Assembly: GCF_006345805.1 (NCBI RefSeq)
Contig: NC_043001.1
Span: 40,176,001-40,240,000, forward strand
DNA: 64,000 bases
Source of the DNA: Octopus sinensis
Taxonomy: Eukaryota
Direction of reading: 5' to 3'
The notes beneath the pieces are model-generated. The model saw only the letters and a list, made by a program, of their open reading frames with translations. It made no database searches and was not told the DNA's origin. The translations under genes and the position numbers were made by a program. Shown here piece after piece: positions 1 through 10,099 of the stretch; within the stretch, counting starts at the first letter, position 1; the number at the start of each line of letters is the position of its first letter.

Positions 1-172
1 GATTATCCTAGAAAACAAGTTCCAGGAATGCTTCCATTAATGGAAACAGCACTGGATTAAGTGTGTGGCTTCCGAATGGAACTACTTAGAAGGAGATTAA
101 ATACCAAATTGGTACATATTGTAGTTTTGTTTTTATGTCACAGGTCCAGATACTTATTGATCAGACCTCATA
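1..172 (+). mobile_element. Mariner transposon 3' end (transposase C-terminus plus right TIR)
   Basis: 1-100 translates to ENKFQECFH*WKQHWIKCVASEWNYLEGD*, a typical mariner C-terminus. gtccagatacttattgatcagacctca+TA (144-172) is the reverse complement of the TIR-like start at 30966. Confidence 0.8.
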
Positions 173-243
173 ATCCTGTCCCTAATTAGTTTTGCAAAAA
201 CCCTTTCTATAACTTCTAAAACCTGGCCTAACACTTTGATACC
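173..243 (-). pseudogene. RTE-clade LINE RT fragment
   Basis: Minus strand reads GIKVLGQVLEVIERVFAKLIRDRI, resembling the RTE RT motif GIKLLDQVMKVxERV; bounded by a mariner end and a Gypsy LTR. Confidence 0.65.
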
Positions 244-531
244 TGTGGTGTTAGTGGTGTTATGGGCTGTGATGGAGCTATGTGGTGTTGGTGGAGAGGA
301 TTGCAGATGAGGTGGACGGAAGTAGGGACTGCAGCGGTCACTCTCATGAATTGAACATGTCTTGTCTCGCTGCCGTCTCTGCTCGAACTGACCACATATG
401 CTTCCTGCCCATGCATGCTCTGTGCCTGTGTCACAGGCCCCTGCAGGCCCTACTTCTGTCCACCTCATCTGCAATCCCCTCCACCAACACTACATAGCTC
501 CATCACAGCCCATAACAGTACTAACACCACA
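244..531 (-). mobile_element. Gypsy 3' LTR (288 bp, TG...CA) with long terminal inverted repeats
   Basis: On the minus strand it begins TGTGGTG at 531 directly after a purine tract AGGGGGGGGCG (532-542) and the integrase tail. 244-334 is the near-perfect reverse complement of 441-531. Confidence 0.7.
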
Positions 532-599
532 CGCCCCCCCCTGATCTACAGATCACTCAACTGACTTTCCCACTAACTCCTCGCTCCCAAACTCACACC

Positions 600-755
600 T
601 TAACTGGTTTCATAATCAGCCAACCAGGGAGGAGGGTACCGCTCCCTCTGTGGTCGCCATGCAACCCCAGGACTGGCCTGAGTTCCTGGCATGTTGCGGC
701 TGGCTTCATCATCTTGTCTACTGATGCTGTCTTCATCTTCTTGCCTACTGTTGTC
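600..755 (-). pseudogene. Gypsy integrase C-terminal tail
   Basis: Minus frame PDNSRQEDEDSISRQDDEASRNMPGTQASPGVAWRPQRERYPPPWLADYETS*, like the end of the 22-kb element (LRRSRRARRSPGWMVD); followed by PPT and LTR. Confidence 0.7.
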
Positions 756-2087
756 CGGTTGGGATTTGGGCTGAATTCAGCACCAAAGATTATGGCAACA
801 ATTCTAAAGGCCATCCTGGGAAAGGTGGACAGAGTAAAAAAGGCCACGATTTCGTACATTGATGACATTCTGGTGGATGAAACCGTAATGCCAGCAATGG
901 AGGTCATAGGCCACCTAAAGAGTTTTGGACTGACAGCAAAGCCACCAGAGGCAATGGAGGGAGTTGCTGCACTTGGGCCTCAAGCTATGGAGAGACAAGG
1001 CTGGCGCGTTGGTGTTCCGGTGAGGGAACAAGATCCCCGAACTGGGCGCCAGCATGAGTAGACGGGAACTATTCTCAGTGTGTGGGAAGCTGGTGGGACA
1101 CTACCCAATTGCAGGATGGCTCCGGACAGCATGTAGCTTCATCAAGAGACAAGCCGAAGGAGTGAAGTGGAACGATAGAGTGGGGGAGAAGACAACCGAC
1201 ATGATACAGGAAGTCTTGGTCAGAGTAAAAGCAGAGGATCCTGCGAGGGGCAGTTGGTATGTTCCCAAATCAAAGAGCAGGATTGTATGGTGTGACGCCA
1301 GTAGCATCATAATAGGGGTTGTCTTGGAAGTTGGAGGTGTCATGGTGGAAGATGCAACCTGGCTCAGGAAGATAGATGACTGCAATCATATCAATGTGGC
1401 GGAGTTGGATGCCGTGTTGAAGGGAGTGAACCTAGCCTTAAAGTGGGGGTTGCACATCATAGAAATCAGGACTGATTCAGCCACTGTACTTTGCTGGGTG
1501 ACAGCAGTCATCACCAATGAGCAGAGGGTGTGAACCAAAGGGGGCCGCAGAGATGCTGGTAAAGCATCGATTGGGGATACTGCGTGAACAAACCACTGAG
1601 TTCAATCTGAAGCTGAGTGTGATCTTTGTGCCTTCTGAGAAGAACAGGGCAGACATCCTGACCAGGGTAAAGCGAGCCTGATTGCAGGTGCCAGAGGATG
1701 CGGAGCAGGCTGTGGCTGCAGTATGCCGTCTGAGTGACTCGGAGTTGAGGAGATTGCATACCATGCATCACATGGGGGTGGACAGGACGTTGTTCCTAGC
1801 CAGGAAAGTTGACTCTGACATAACAAGACAGAGCGTGCAGAGAGTGGTTAGCAGCTGTGACAGGTGCCAGTCCATCGACCCTGCTCCGGGCGTACATGAG
1901 GTGGGAAGTATTCCAGTGGACCATGACTGGAAACGACTGGCGGTGGACATAACACACTACCGGCAGGGGACATACCTCTCAATGGTTGACTGCGGACCAG
2001 GGCAGTTAGCCATATGGAGGGAGATGAAGACGGGGACTGCAGAGGAAATCGTGAAAGTATTAAATGAGATATTCCTGGAACGAGGGT
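756..2087 (+). pseudogene. Gypsy pol fragment (RT - RNase H - integrase N-half), frameshifted with stops
   Basis: RLGFGLNSAP and SYIDDILVD (RT); WCDASS, INVAELDAV, SEKNRADILTR (RNase H); HHMG...CDRC zinc finger and LAVDITHY (integrase). Truncated at EIFLERG; stop at 1531 is consistent with CGA>TGA. Confidence 0.92.
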
Positions 2088-2089
2088 AG

Positions 2090-2260
2090 GGTAGTTTGAC
2101 AGGATTTAGCAGTTCAGATGACCACATCTTGCCCCAGTGTCTCATTTTTGGCATGTTGTCTATGGCTAGATGCCCTTCCTAATACCAACTGAATGCTTTT
2201 TTTTTCATGGCACCAGCACTATAGAGGTTGCCTTGCTGTCAACATGACAAAAGAGCCCTT
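2090..2260 (-). mobile_element. Degenerate RTE 3'-UTR-derived repeat
   Basis: Contains gctagatgcccttcctaataccaac and catggcaccagcac motifs shared with the RTE 3' UTR copies elsewhere in the window. Confidence 0.6.
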
Positions 2261-3604
2261 GTAAACCCTGTGTTCTGGGCACTATTATGGTACCTTTCAG
2301 TTTGTAATGCAAAAGAAAGCATTCATGATGAATAAAACAATTTTATTGTGAGAAGATATTAATGGAAAGAATAACAGAGGGAACAGAATTGGGATAGGAT
2401 AGAGAAGAGGGGAAAGTGGACCTAGTGATTGGGTAGATCCATCTGTCTTCTATGTTAGGGTAAAAGGCAATTCATATTGGAGTTATATGGGATTATTGTT
2501 GAAGAGGGTGGTAGAGGAAAGGCTAACAGAAACAGTATTAGGAAAGAAAGTAATAGGACAGAAAATGAAAAATAGTATCAGTGAGTTAGCAAGTGTTAGA
2601 GGATGGTAAAGTTGCAGTGAGGATTGAGTAGGAAGAGATGCAATTCTATTCTATGTTATACATGGGTGGGTAATGTGGTATGTGAAGAAAAATAAAATAG
2701 GAGTGGGTAATAGAAAAGAAAGGGGGAAATGATTGGTGTTAGAAAGGATATCCAACCATAGAAATCATGCTAAGGTAGATATTGGAGGATGACACTTCAC
2801 TGGCTTGTTGATTCCTGTCAAAGCAGCCAATCCATGCTAGATTGGAAAACGGATGCGAAATTATAATAGTGATGGATGACAACCAAGATGATGATGATGA
2901 CAACCACGAATTTAATGATGATGATGAAATTGATATCTTCATTGTATGTTTTATTATAATAAAGATTTTATGATAATGAGGCTATGGAAAGCAATTTGTT
3001 GACTCTGATGTGATATCACAGGAGTACCAAATTACCTGCTGTTGTCTTCTTGTTAAAATATTTTTTGACTTAAGCAGCTGTTCTTTATTTATGTAGTCAT
3101 GTCATGCTTCATTGCATTTCTCCTAATATTTTTTTCTTTGTTCATGTTTATTTGGTACACTCCCTCTCCTTATTGCCACTCATCATCCATGCTCCCTTTA
3201 CACACCTGTTGACTTACTTTTTGATAATGTAGGTATCCTGCTTATTTATATTCAGTCATGTTTACACCTCTTAATCAGCTGGTTTCATCATACACTGTTT
3301 CTTATTTCCTGTCTTATCCTGTATTGTCTTGTTTGTTGTCTTGTTACTTTAAATCTTCAATTATAGACCCAAAAAAAAGTTGCAGAAGTATAAAAAGATA
3401 GCAAAAGATAAAAAGAAATTGGAATGCCTTCCTCGCTGTCTTTCTGTCTGCTGTCCCATGAAAGTAAAATTGGAAGTGAAGGTGTTTTTCTTCACAAATT
3501 GTTGAAATTGTTTACTTGCTCAGTCTGGAGAAAGGGACAGTGCCTAAGATCATTGCAGGCTCTCTGGTAATGGTGAACTTGATGCCATTAATGCTCTTTT
3601 TAAA

Positions 3605-3790
3605 CTATTTATGTATATAAAATTGAGAATGTGTGTCTGTCTGTGTGTCTGTATGTGTGCATCATTAAAACTCAAGAACTACCCAACTGATATCATTCAA
3701 ATTTTACACATGCCTTACGGTCAATGCAGTGTCATGGGCCAAAAAATGTTCAACTTCTTGCCTAATGCAAGCCTAGAGCAATCTCTTATC
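3605..3790 (+). mobile_element. Helitron/HINE-like non-autonomous element, 5' part
   Basis: Starts with tatataaaa followed by (GTCT/GT) repeats, the same 5' style as the Helitrons at 7554 and 51461; interrupted by the CR1 copy. Confidence 0.5.
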
Positions 3791-3812
3791 TCTTACACTA
3801 TTGCAGTAGTAC

Positions 3813-4480
3813 ATGTCGGGTATCTTGGTGGATTCCTCCTTTTCGCCTTCGGCCCAGTGCGTCCATGCTGCCAACAAAGCGCGCGGAATTCTGTTTTTGA
3901 TTCGACGGTCATTCGGAATGCTCACAGCAGCCATATTCCTGCCACTCTATGTCACGCTGGTGAGACCCATATTGGAGTATGGGATTCAAGCCTCTTCTCC
4001 TTATCTCCTCAAAGACATACAGCATCTCGAAAGAGTCCAGAGGCTGGCTACCCGCATGGTTCATGGTCTCAAAAATTTGTCCTACGAAGAAAGGCTGAGG
4101 ACGCTCGACCTTTATTCTCTTGAAAAATGCCGCCGCCGTGGTGATCTCATTCTCGCCCACAACATCATAAGCGGGAAGTGCAACCTCTCGAAAGAGCTGT
4201 TCTTCACTCCTGCTCCGGAGCGTCGGCTGCGGGGTCATTCCGAAAAGCTCTACCTGCGACGATTTCATCTCAATCGAAGGAGAGGAGCTTTCTCCGTCCG
4301 GGTTGCGGATCCGTGGAACAAGCTGCCAGACGAGATGGTGAAGATGCCGACGACCGCTTTGTTCAAAGCCTCCCTGGACCTCAAGTGGCCTGAACTCTTT
4401 ACATGAACACCACCCTGTACTTAACTCCATGTCCCCCTACATGGCCTTGCTATTTGCTTTTGAGCCAAATTAACTAACTA
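3813..4480 (+). mobile_element. 5'-truncated CR1-clade LINE (RT C-terminus, 3' UTR stem-loop, short repeat tail)
   Basis: Open 197-aa frame with LVRPILEY, SPYLLKDIQHLERVQRLATR, LSYEERL, RGDLI, RGHSEKL, FSVRVADPWNKLP. 3' UTR hairpin ccatgt-cccct-acatgg and aactaacta tail. Confidence 0.93.
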
Positions 4481-4543
4481 TCTCTATTGTAATGTGAGAT
4501 AATACTTTCAGTTTTAATAATTTCACTATTAATACTTTCACTA

Positions 4544-4591
<48 letters not shown>

Positions 4592-6944
4592 TTTCATTTC
4601 TATTAGTTTCACTATGTATTTATATACATGTTTGTATGTGTGTATATATATATAGTAAATTTTAAAAAATGAAGAACAAACACAACAAGAAAAAAACAAC
4701 AATACAAGGACGTGGAACATGCAAAGTATTAGCTAATACTCAGACCACCCTCCAGGCGGTTTTTTGCTAGCTCCTCTAGCATTTGATTCCCAATTCTAAT
4801 AATTTTTATATCTTACATCTAATTATTTCTTTGTATAATAATGCTCACTTGCTTAGTAAGAACTGCTTTCCTTATTTTATCACAGTCATAATCTCTCTTT
4901 TTTAAACAAACATCACAGTTGTCCAACAACACCGGGAGAAACAGTTTGTCAATTTTTACCTTCCTCTCAAAGCAACATAGAGATTTCAGTTCAGCAGCCC
5001 TTCTGTAAGCTTTGCAGTGTGTATGTATGAGAGAGAGAGTGGGGAGAGAGAACATTGCAAACAATGAATAAAATAAACATGAAATGAAAAAATCGTATAT
5101 ATAAAAGAGCATTACTACAGATGTTGCCTCATGACAGCCAGAAAAATGGATACTTTTTAACAAAATTTTCTTAGTATATAGGGATTTATGAGAAAGAATT
5201 TTTCTGAGAGGGTGGAGAAAGGAGTTTTGGAAAATTTGCACAATCTGACTTTTTTCCCTCATAACTTTCAGGAAGATGGATATCTTTTAATGAAAATTTA
5301 TACAAATCTCTTTCAAATGGTATAGATTATGATTATAAAGAAATTTGTAGGGAAAATGTTTTCAGGGAATTTCCTTATTTTTTTAAAACCACAGCCTTTG
5401 AAATGATGGTGGAGGAGGAGGGCATCTTTGAATGAAAAAAGTTTTGTAAACACTTTTTTACACCTCCTCCCTCATCATCCCATTCCGAACCTATTTTGGC
5501 CAATTTTTTCCCACTTCAAAACCATGGGAAGAACATTTTCGGTAAAAAAAATTTTTTTAATTGTTAATATTTTCACAGGGAAAAGTGAGCGATTTGGTTG
5601 TTATTTCTAGCATATCCAATAACAACCCTCCTTGTTTCTTTATCACTCTCACATGTATTGGTGTTTTTCAATATTTTCCCCCATAAATACATTTATGTGC
5701 TATAAAAAAGAAAATTTGAGAAATTATGAATTTTTTGCAACCCCACTCCCTGACCCTGATTGTTTCTGTTTAGAAATTGAAATATTGGAGAGCCTGAGAA
5801 GGTCATTGTTGGCATTTATCCACTGTGATTTTAGAAAATTACGGAGATGTACTTGCATAGCAAGTGACTTGGTCTGAGATTGTGTGCTGAAACAAAAACA
5901 ATTGCAGCATAGATGTTTGTTAGCCATTCAAGAACACACAGAAACTGTCAGTTTCATGGCACCACTTAAATAGAGAGGTCCTGATGCATCTACATAACGA
6001 TATGAAGTGTGGGTTAATTTTAGGGTTAGTTTTTAGGGTTAAAGTTAGGGCTGGTTTTAGGGTTAGTTAGAGTTAGGATGTCATTACACGTCTACACAGC
6101 GTACATTTAAAATGTTTTGTATGTAACATCTGTATTTAAGTAGTACTCGTTTCACTTCAACATTAAAATTTCCTTTGTGTTAAAATATTTTCTTCACTTT
6201 GAAACCATGACTTGTTCACTGACAAAACTTCGCAAAAGCAATGCAGCACGAAGTTTTGTCAGTGAACAGCAAACACACACACACATTCATTGCCTTTCAT
6301 TTGCATGTATGTGTATCTATGTGTGCGTACGAGTGTATCACTGTTGAAGTTGCTCTTGCAACTTGTTTATGCATAGTTTGGCTTAGTGATACCGAGTGTT
6401 TGGAAACTGTGAATAAGGTGCAAGTTTCAAGTACTTGTTGGTAACTTTTTTCTCCTCGTCTTCTAATAGTAATTACCCAACTTTCTAGGCTCTTCTCACA
6501 GCTATTCTATGTTAAAAAATTATAGGGTATTTAAAAAATTTTCATACAATAAATAATAAATTACATATGCATTAAGAGAATAATAAATAATAAATTACGT
6601 ATACATTAATAGAATAAACTGTCAGTTTTCCAAATAGGAAATGAAAACTTAAAAGAGAAAGTGAGAGACTTTGCAAATAAGAATGGAATACTCCACAGTG
6701 AAAACAATGAATATTTAAATTTGTGAATTGGAAGCAGTGAATGCAATGAATATTTAAATTTGTGAGAAATTGGAGTTTAAAGAATTCAAGAAACTTGAGT
6801 AATTGAAATTATAGGAAATTTCTTAGAACTTGAATTTATAAAAGTATTTCCAGACAGTCAACCCTTTAATTATTGCTTTCTTTTAGTACTTTTAGTAATT
6901 GTTACATACCCAATTAATATGCAGCTTTTTCCATTATAGTACAG

Positions 6945-6960
6945 ATATATATATATATAA

Positions 6961-7044
<84 letters not shown>
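6945..7044. repeat. (TA)n microsatellite
   Basis: About 100 bp of near-pure TA repeat directly upstream of the Helitron 5' end. Confidence 0.95.
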
Positions 7045-7049
<5 letters not shown>

Positions 7050-7953
7050 TGTAGTTGTGTGAGTGTCTGTCCCCTTCGATTTAGATTCCTAACTACTCCC
7101 ACATTTTGCGGTGCAGTTTAACCAAATTCGGGTATCTTATAGTCGTGATTCATATAGAGCCCGTCTGGGTATTAGCGCGCGTCTACGATGAGTCTACGAT
7201 TTTAAAAATAATTTAACATAATTTTTTATTCCATTTTAATGCATATTTTTTCGTGTGTCAATGGCGGCGGAGTTGGCGTCCACGCTCACACCTGCACCTG
7301 TGTTGCTTCTCCCCTTTCTTCCCTCCCTCGTGAAGCTGTGGGGAAGGGAGTGTAAGGAAATCAACGTCGTAATGCGTTGTCAAGGAGACCAGCGTTCTTT
7401 TAGAACAACGACTTCATGGCTTGAAGTCGCCAAAACAGAAATCGCTAAAAAAGCTGAAACAGATCCACAAAAATGGCAATTACCGCCACACAGAGCAGGT
7501 TTCCTGTGCAAACAATTTGCACAACCGAATGTTTTAGTTGTTGCACAAATATATCTTTATATATAAAAGTAAGGTTGTGTGTCTGTCTCCTACGATTTAG
7601 ATTCCTAACTACTCCCACATTTTGCGGTGCAAAAACCGGGTATCTTATAGTCGTGATTCATATCGTGATTCATATCGAGCCCTTCTGGGTATTAGCATGC
7701 GTCTACGATGAGTCTACGATTTAAAAAAAAATTTACCATCATTTTTCCCATTTTAATGCATTTTTTCGCTATTATATAAGGGAAGTAACTCTGTAAAAAT
7801 GTCTACGATGAGTCAACGATTTAAAAAAAATTTACCATCATTTTTTTCCCATTTTTAATGCATTTTTTTGCTATTTTTTGGCTATAACTCTCTAAAAATG
7901 CTTATATAGTTATTTCCCTTACAAACCCGAGCAACGCCGGGTGATACTGCTAG
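7041..7953 (+). mobile_element. Composite non-autonomous Helitron (two 5' ends, one 3' end)
   Basis: The 5' block gatttagattcctaactactcccacattttgcggtgc occurs at ~7078 and ~7594. The second unit starts A|TC at 7554. The 3' end has the hairpin cccg-agcaacgc-cggg then CTAG|T at 7950-7953. Confidence 0.88.
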
Positions 7954-7990
<37 letters not shown>

Positions 7991-8200
7991 ATTTATATCA
8001 TTGTATATATATATGTATGCATATATGTGTGTGTGTGTATATGTGTTTATATATATGTGCATATGCGTATATATATATGTATATATATGTGTGTATATAT
8101 ATTTATGTATGTATATGTATGCATGTATATGTATGTATATATGTATCTACATATATATATACATATATATATAAGTATATATATATATAATATGTATATA

Positions 8201-8272
<72 letters not shown>

Positions 8273-8345
8273 TGTATGTATAGTATATATATGTATATAT
8301 GTGTATATGTATATATGTATATATGTGTATATGTATATATATATA
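7954..8345. repeat. Compound (TA)/(TG)/(TATG) microsatellite
   Basis: Visible low-complexity tract; source of several spurious YIYI ORFs. Confidence 0.95.
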
Positions 8346-8714
8346 TTTCTTAAATATAGCCACGAAACACGTGTAGTTATTTTACCATATATATACGTTT
8401 TATAAATTTTTTTTTGCACATTACTTAATCATTGGTATATGTTTTATCTTATATTTAATTTTTCTATAAGATGTAATTTTTTCTAAATGGTATAATTTAA
8501 TTTTCTCATTGTTGACTTGATAAAAGGTGGGTTTTTTTCTAATATATATACAAAATGAGAAAATGGAGAAATATATCTAAATCATTCTTCAACTATCAGA
8601 TAATACCGAATCATATACTTTATTAAAACACTACACAAGAGCATTAAGATTAGACATTAATACAGTACAACAATTACAATCAATATAATGAGATATAACT
8701 AAATAAATATAACA

Positions 8715-8727
8715 AGATATAAAATAT

Positions 8728-8819
<92 letters not shown>

Positions 8820-8950
8820 ATGTATATGTATATGTATATATATCTATATATATTTGTATATATATATATGTATGCATATTTATATACACACACGCATGCA
8901 CACACACACACACACACACACATATGTATATGAATATATATATATATATA
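8715..8950. repeat. Compound (TA)/(CA) microsatellite
   Basis: Visible low-complexity tract. Confidence 0.95.
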
Positions 8951-9107
8951 TAATCTGGTGCTTGACTGAGGAAAGAAAACTTTAAATGACCCATCCTTGT
9001 TTTCTTTGTATTGTCTATCTGGATGTTTTGTTGTCCCATTTTTGAATCACCTAGCTGTCTGGATGTTTTGCATTCTTGATATATGTATGTATATATATAT
9101 ATATATG

Positions 9108-9191
<84 letters not shown>

Positions 9192-9646
9192 ATAATTTAT
9201 GTATAAATTTGTATTTTCTCCCTAGTTTTTTGTGCTAAGCCACTCGGTGTTAAATTAATGGTATTATTAAATTAATATCAATTTTTAAATTAATATCAAT
9301 TTTTTTATATATATATAAAATAGGACAAGAACACAAAACATCCAGACAGCTAGGTGATACAAAAATGGGACAACAAAATATCCAGATAGACGATACAAAG
9401 AAAACAAGGACGGGTCATTTGAAGTTTTCTTTCATCAGTCAAGCACCAGATTATCCTCGAAATTTCGGCTGATTATACTTGAGATTGCTCCAATCTGGCC
9501 AGCCCCAAGGAAGAACTAAACTAAGAGCATTAGATTCCTGGGAAGAAAGCAGCGAATGTATATAAAAACAAGGATGGAAAAAAAACGGACAATGTTACAC
9601 AAATACAAATACAATAAAAATAACAGGACATAACAACAGGTGTCTT
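8951..9646. mobile_element. Inverted repeat pair, probably a Penelope-like terminal-repeat fragment
   Basis: 8951-9078 is the reverse complement of 9326-9453, and the right copy continues to ~9646. The Penelope assignment rests on the inverted arrangement and recalled sequence style only. Confidence 0.55.
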
Positions 9647-10099
9647 TAGAAAGTATTTACTTACTGAATTATAAAGATCTTCCATTTATTAATGGCACAT
9701 TATTAAAAAGCTTTAGATCATTTGCATTAATGTCACTTCTAGCTTATGGGAAATATTTTTAAAACTTGGGAAACTGTCAAGATGACTGGTTTGTATTCAA
9801 GTTTTTCAAAATTTGAACATCCTTTTGAAAACTTGTATTTTATCATAAGCAGCAAAAACTGTTACTTTTACCTTGGCTATGAAAAGTTAACTTCATTCAT
9901 ATGTGTGAAAATGCCAGCCCAAATCTGGGCAAATACATTTCTTGATTTATACAATCACATTAGTATATAATGAAGATTGTAAATGAGGAAAATGTGGAAA
10001 GGATATACAACTTGAGATGAAATGAACTGGTAAGCGACAATTTATTCTCTCTTATAAAATACAATGACTGCCGTACATGAAATAAAATAACGTAACAGA

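Noticed and set aside
3367-3463. Possible exon PKKKLQKYKKIAKDKKKLECLPRC
   Set aside because: Low-complexity A-rich sequence, no recognisable protein, weak donor and no partner exons.
7941-9206. YIYI/CVCV/HTHT ORFs here and at 13578-13997, 45200-45611, 53106-53652, 56672-57079
   Set aside because: Translations of microsatellites.
9430-9475. Hammerhead candidate on the minus strand (CTGATGA near GAAA)
   Set aside because: The paired GAAA element precedes rather than follows CTGATGA; the order is wrong for the expected fold.
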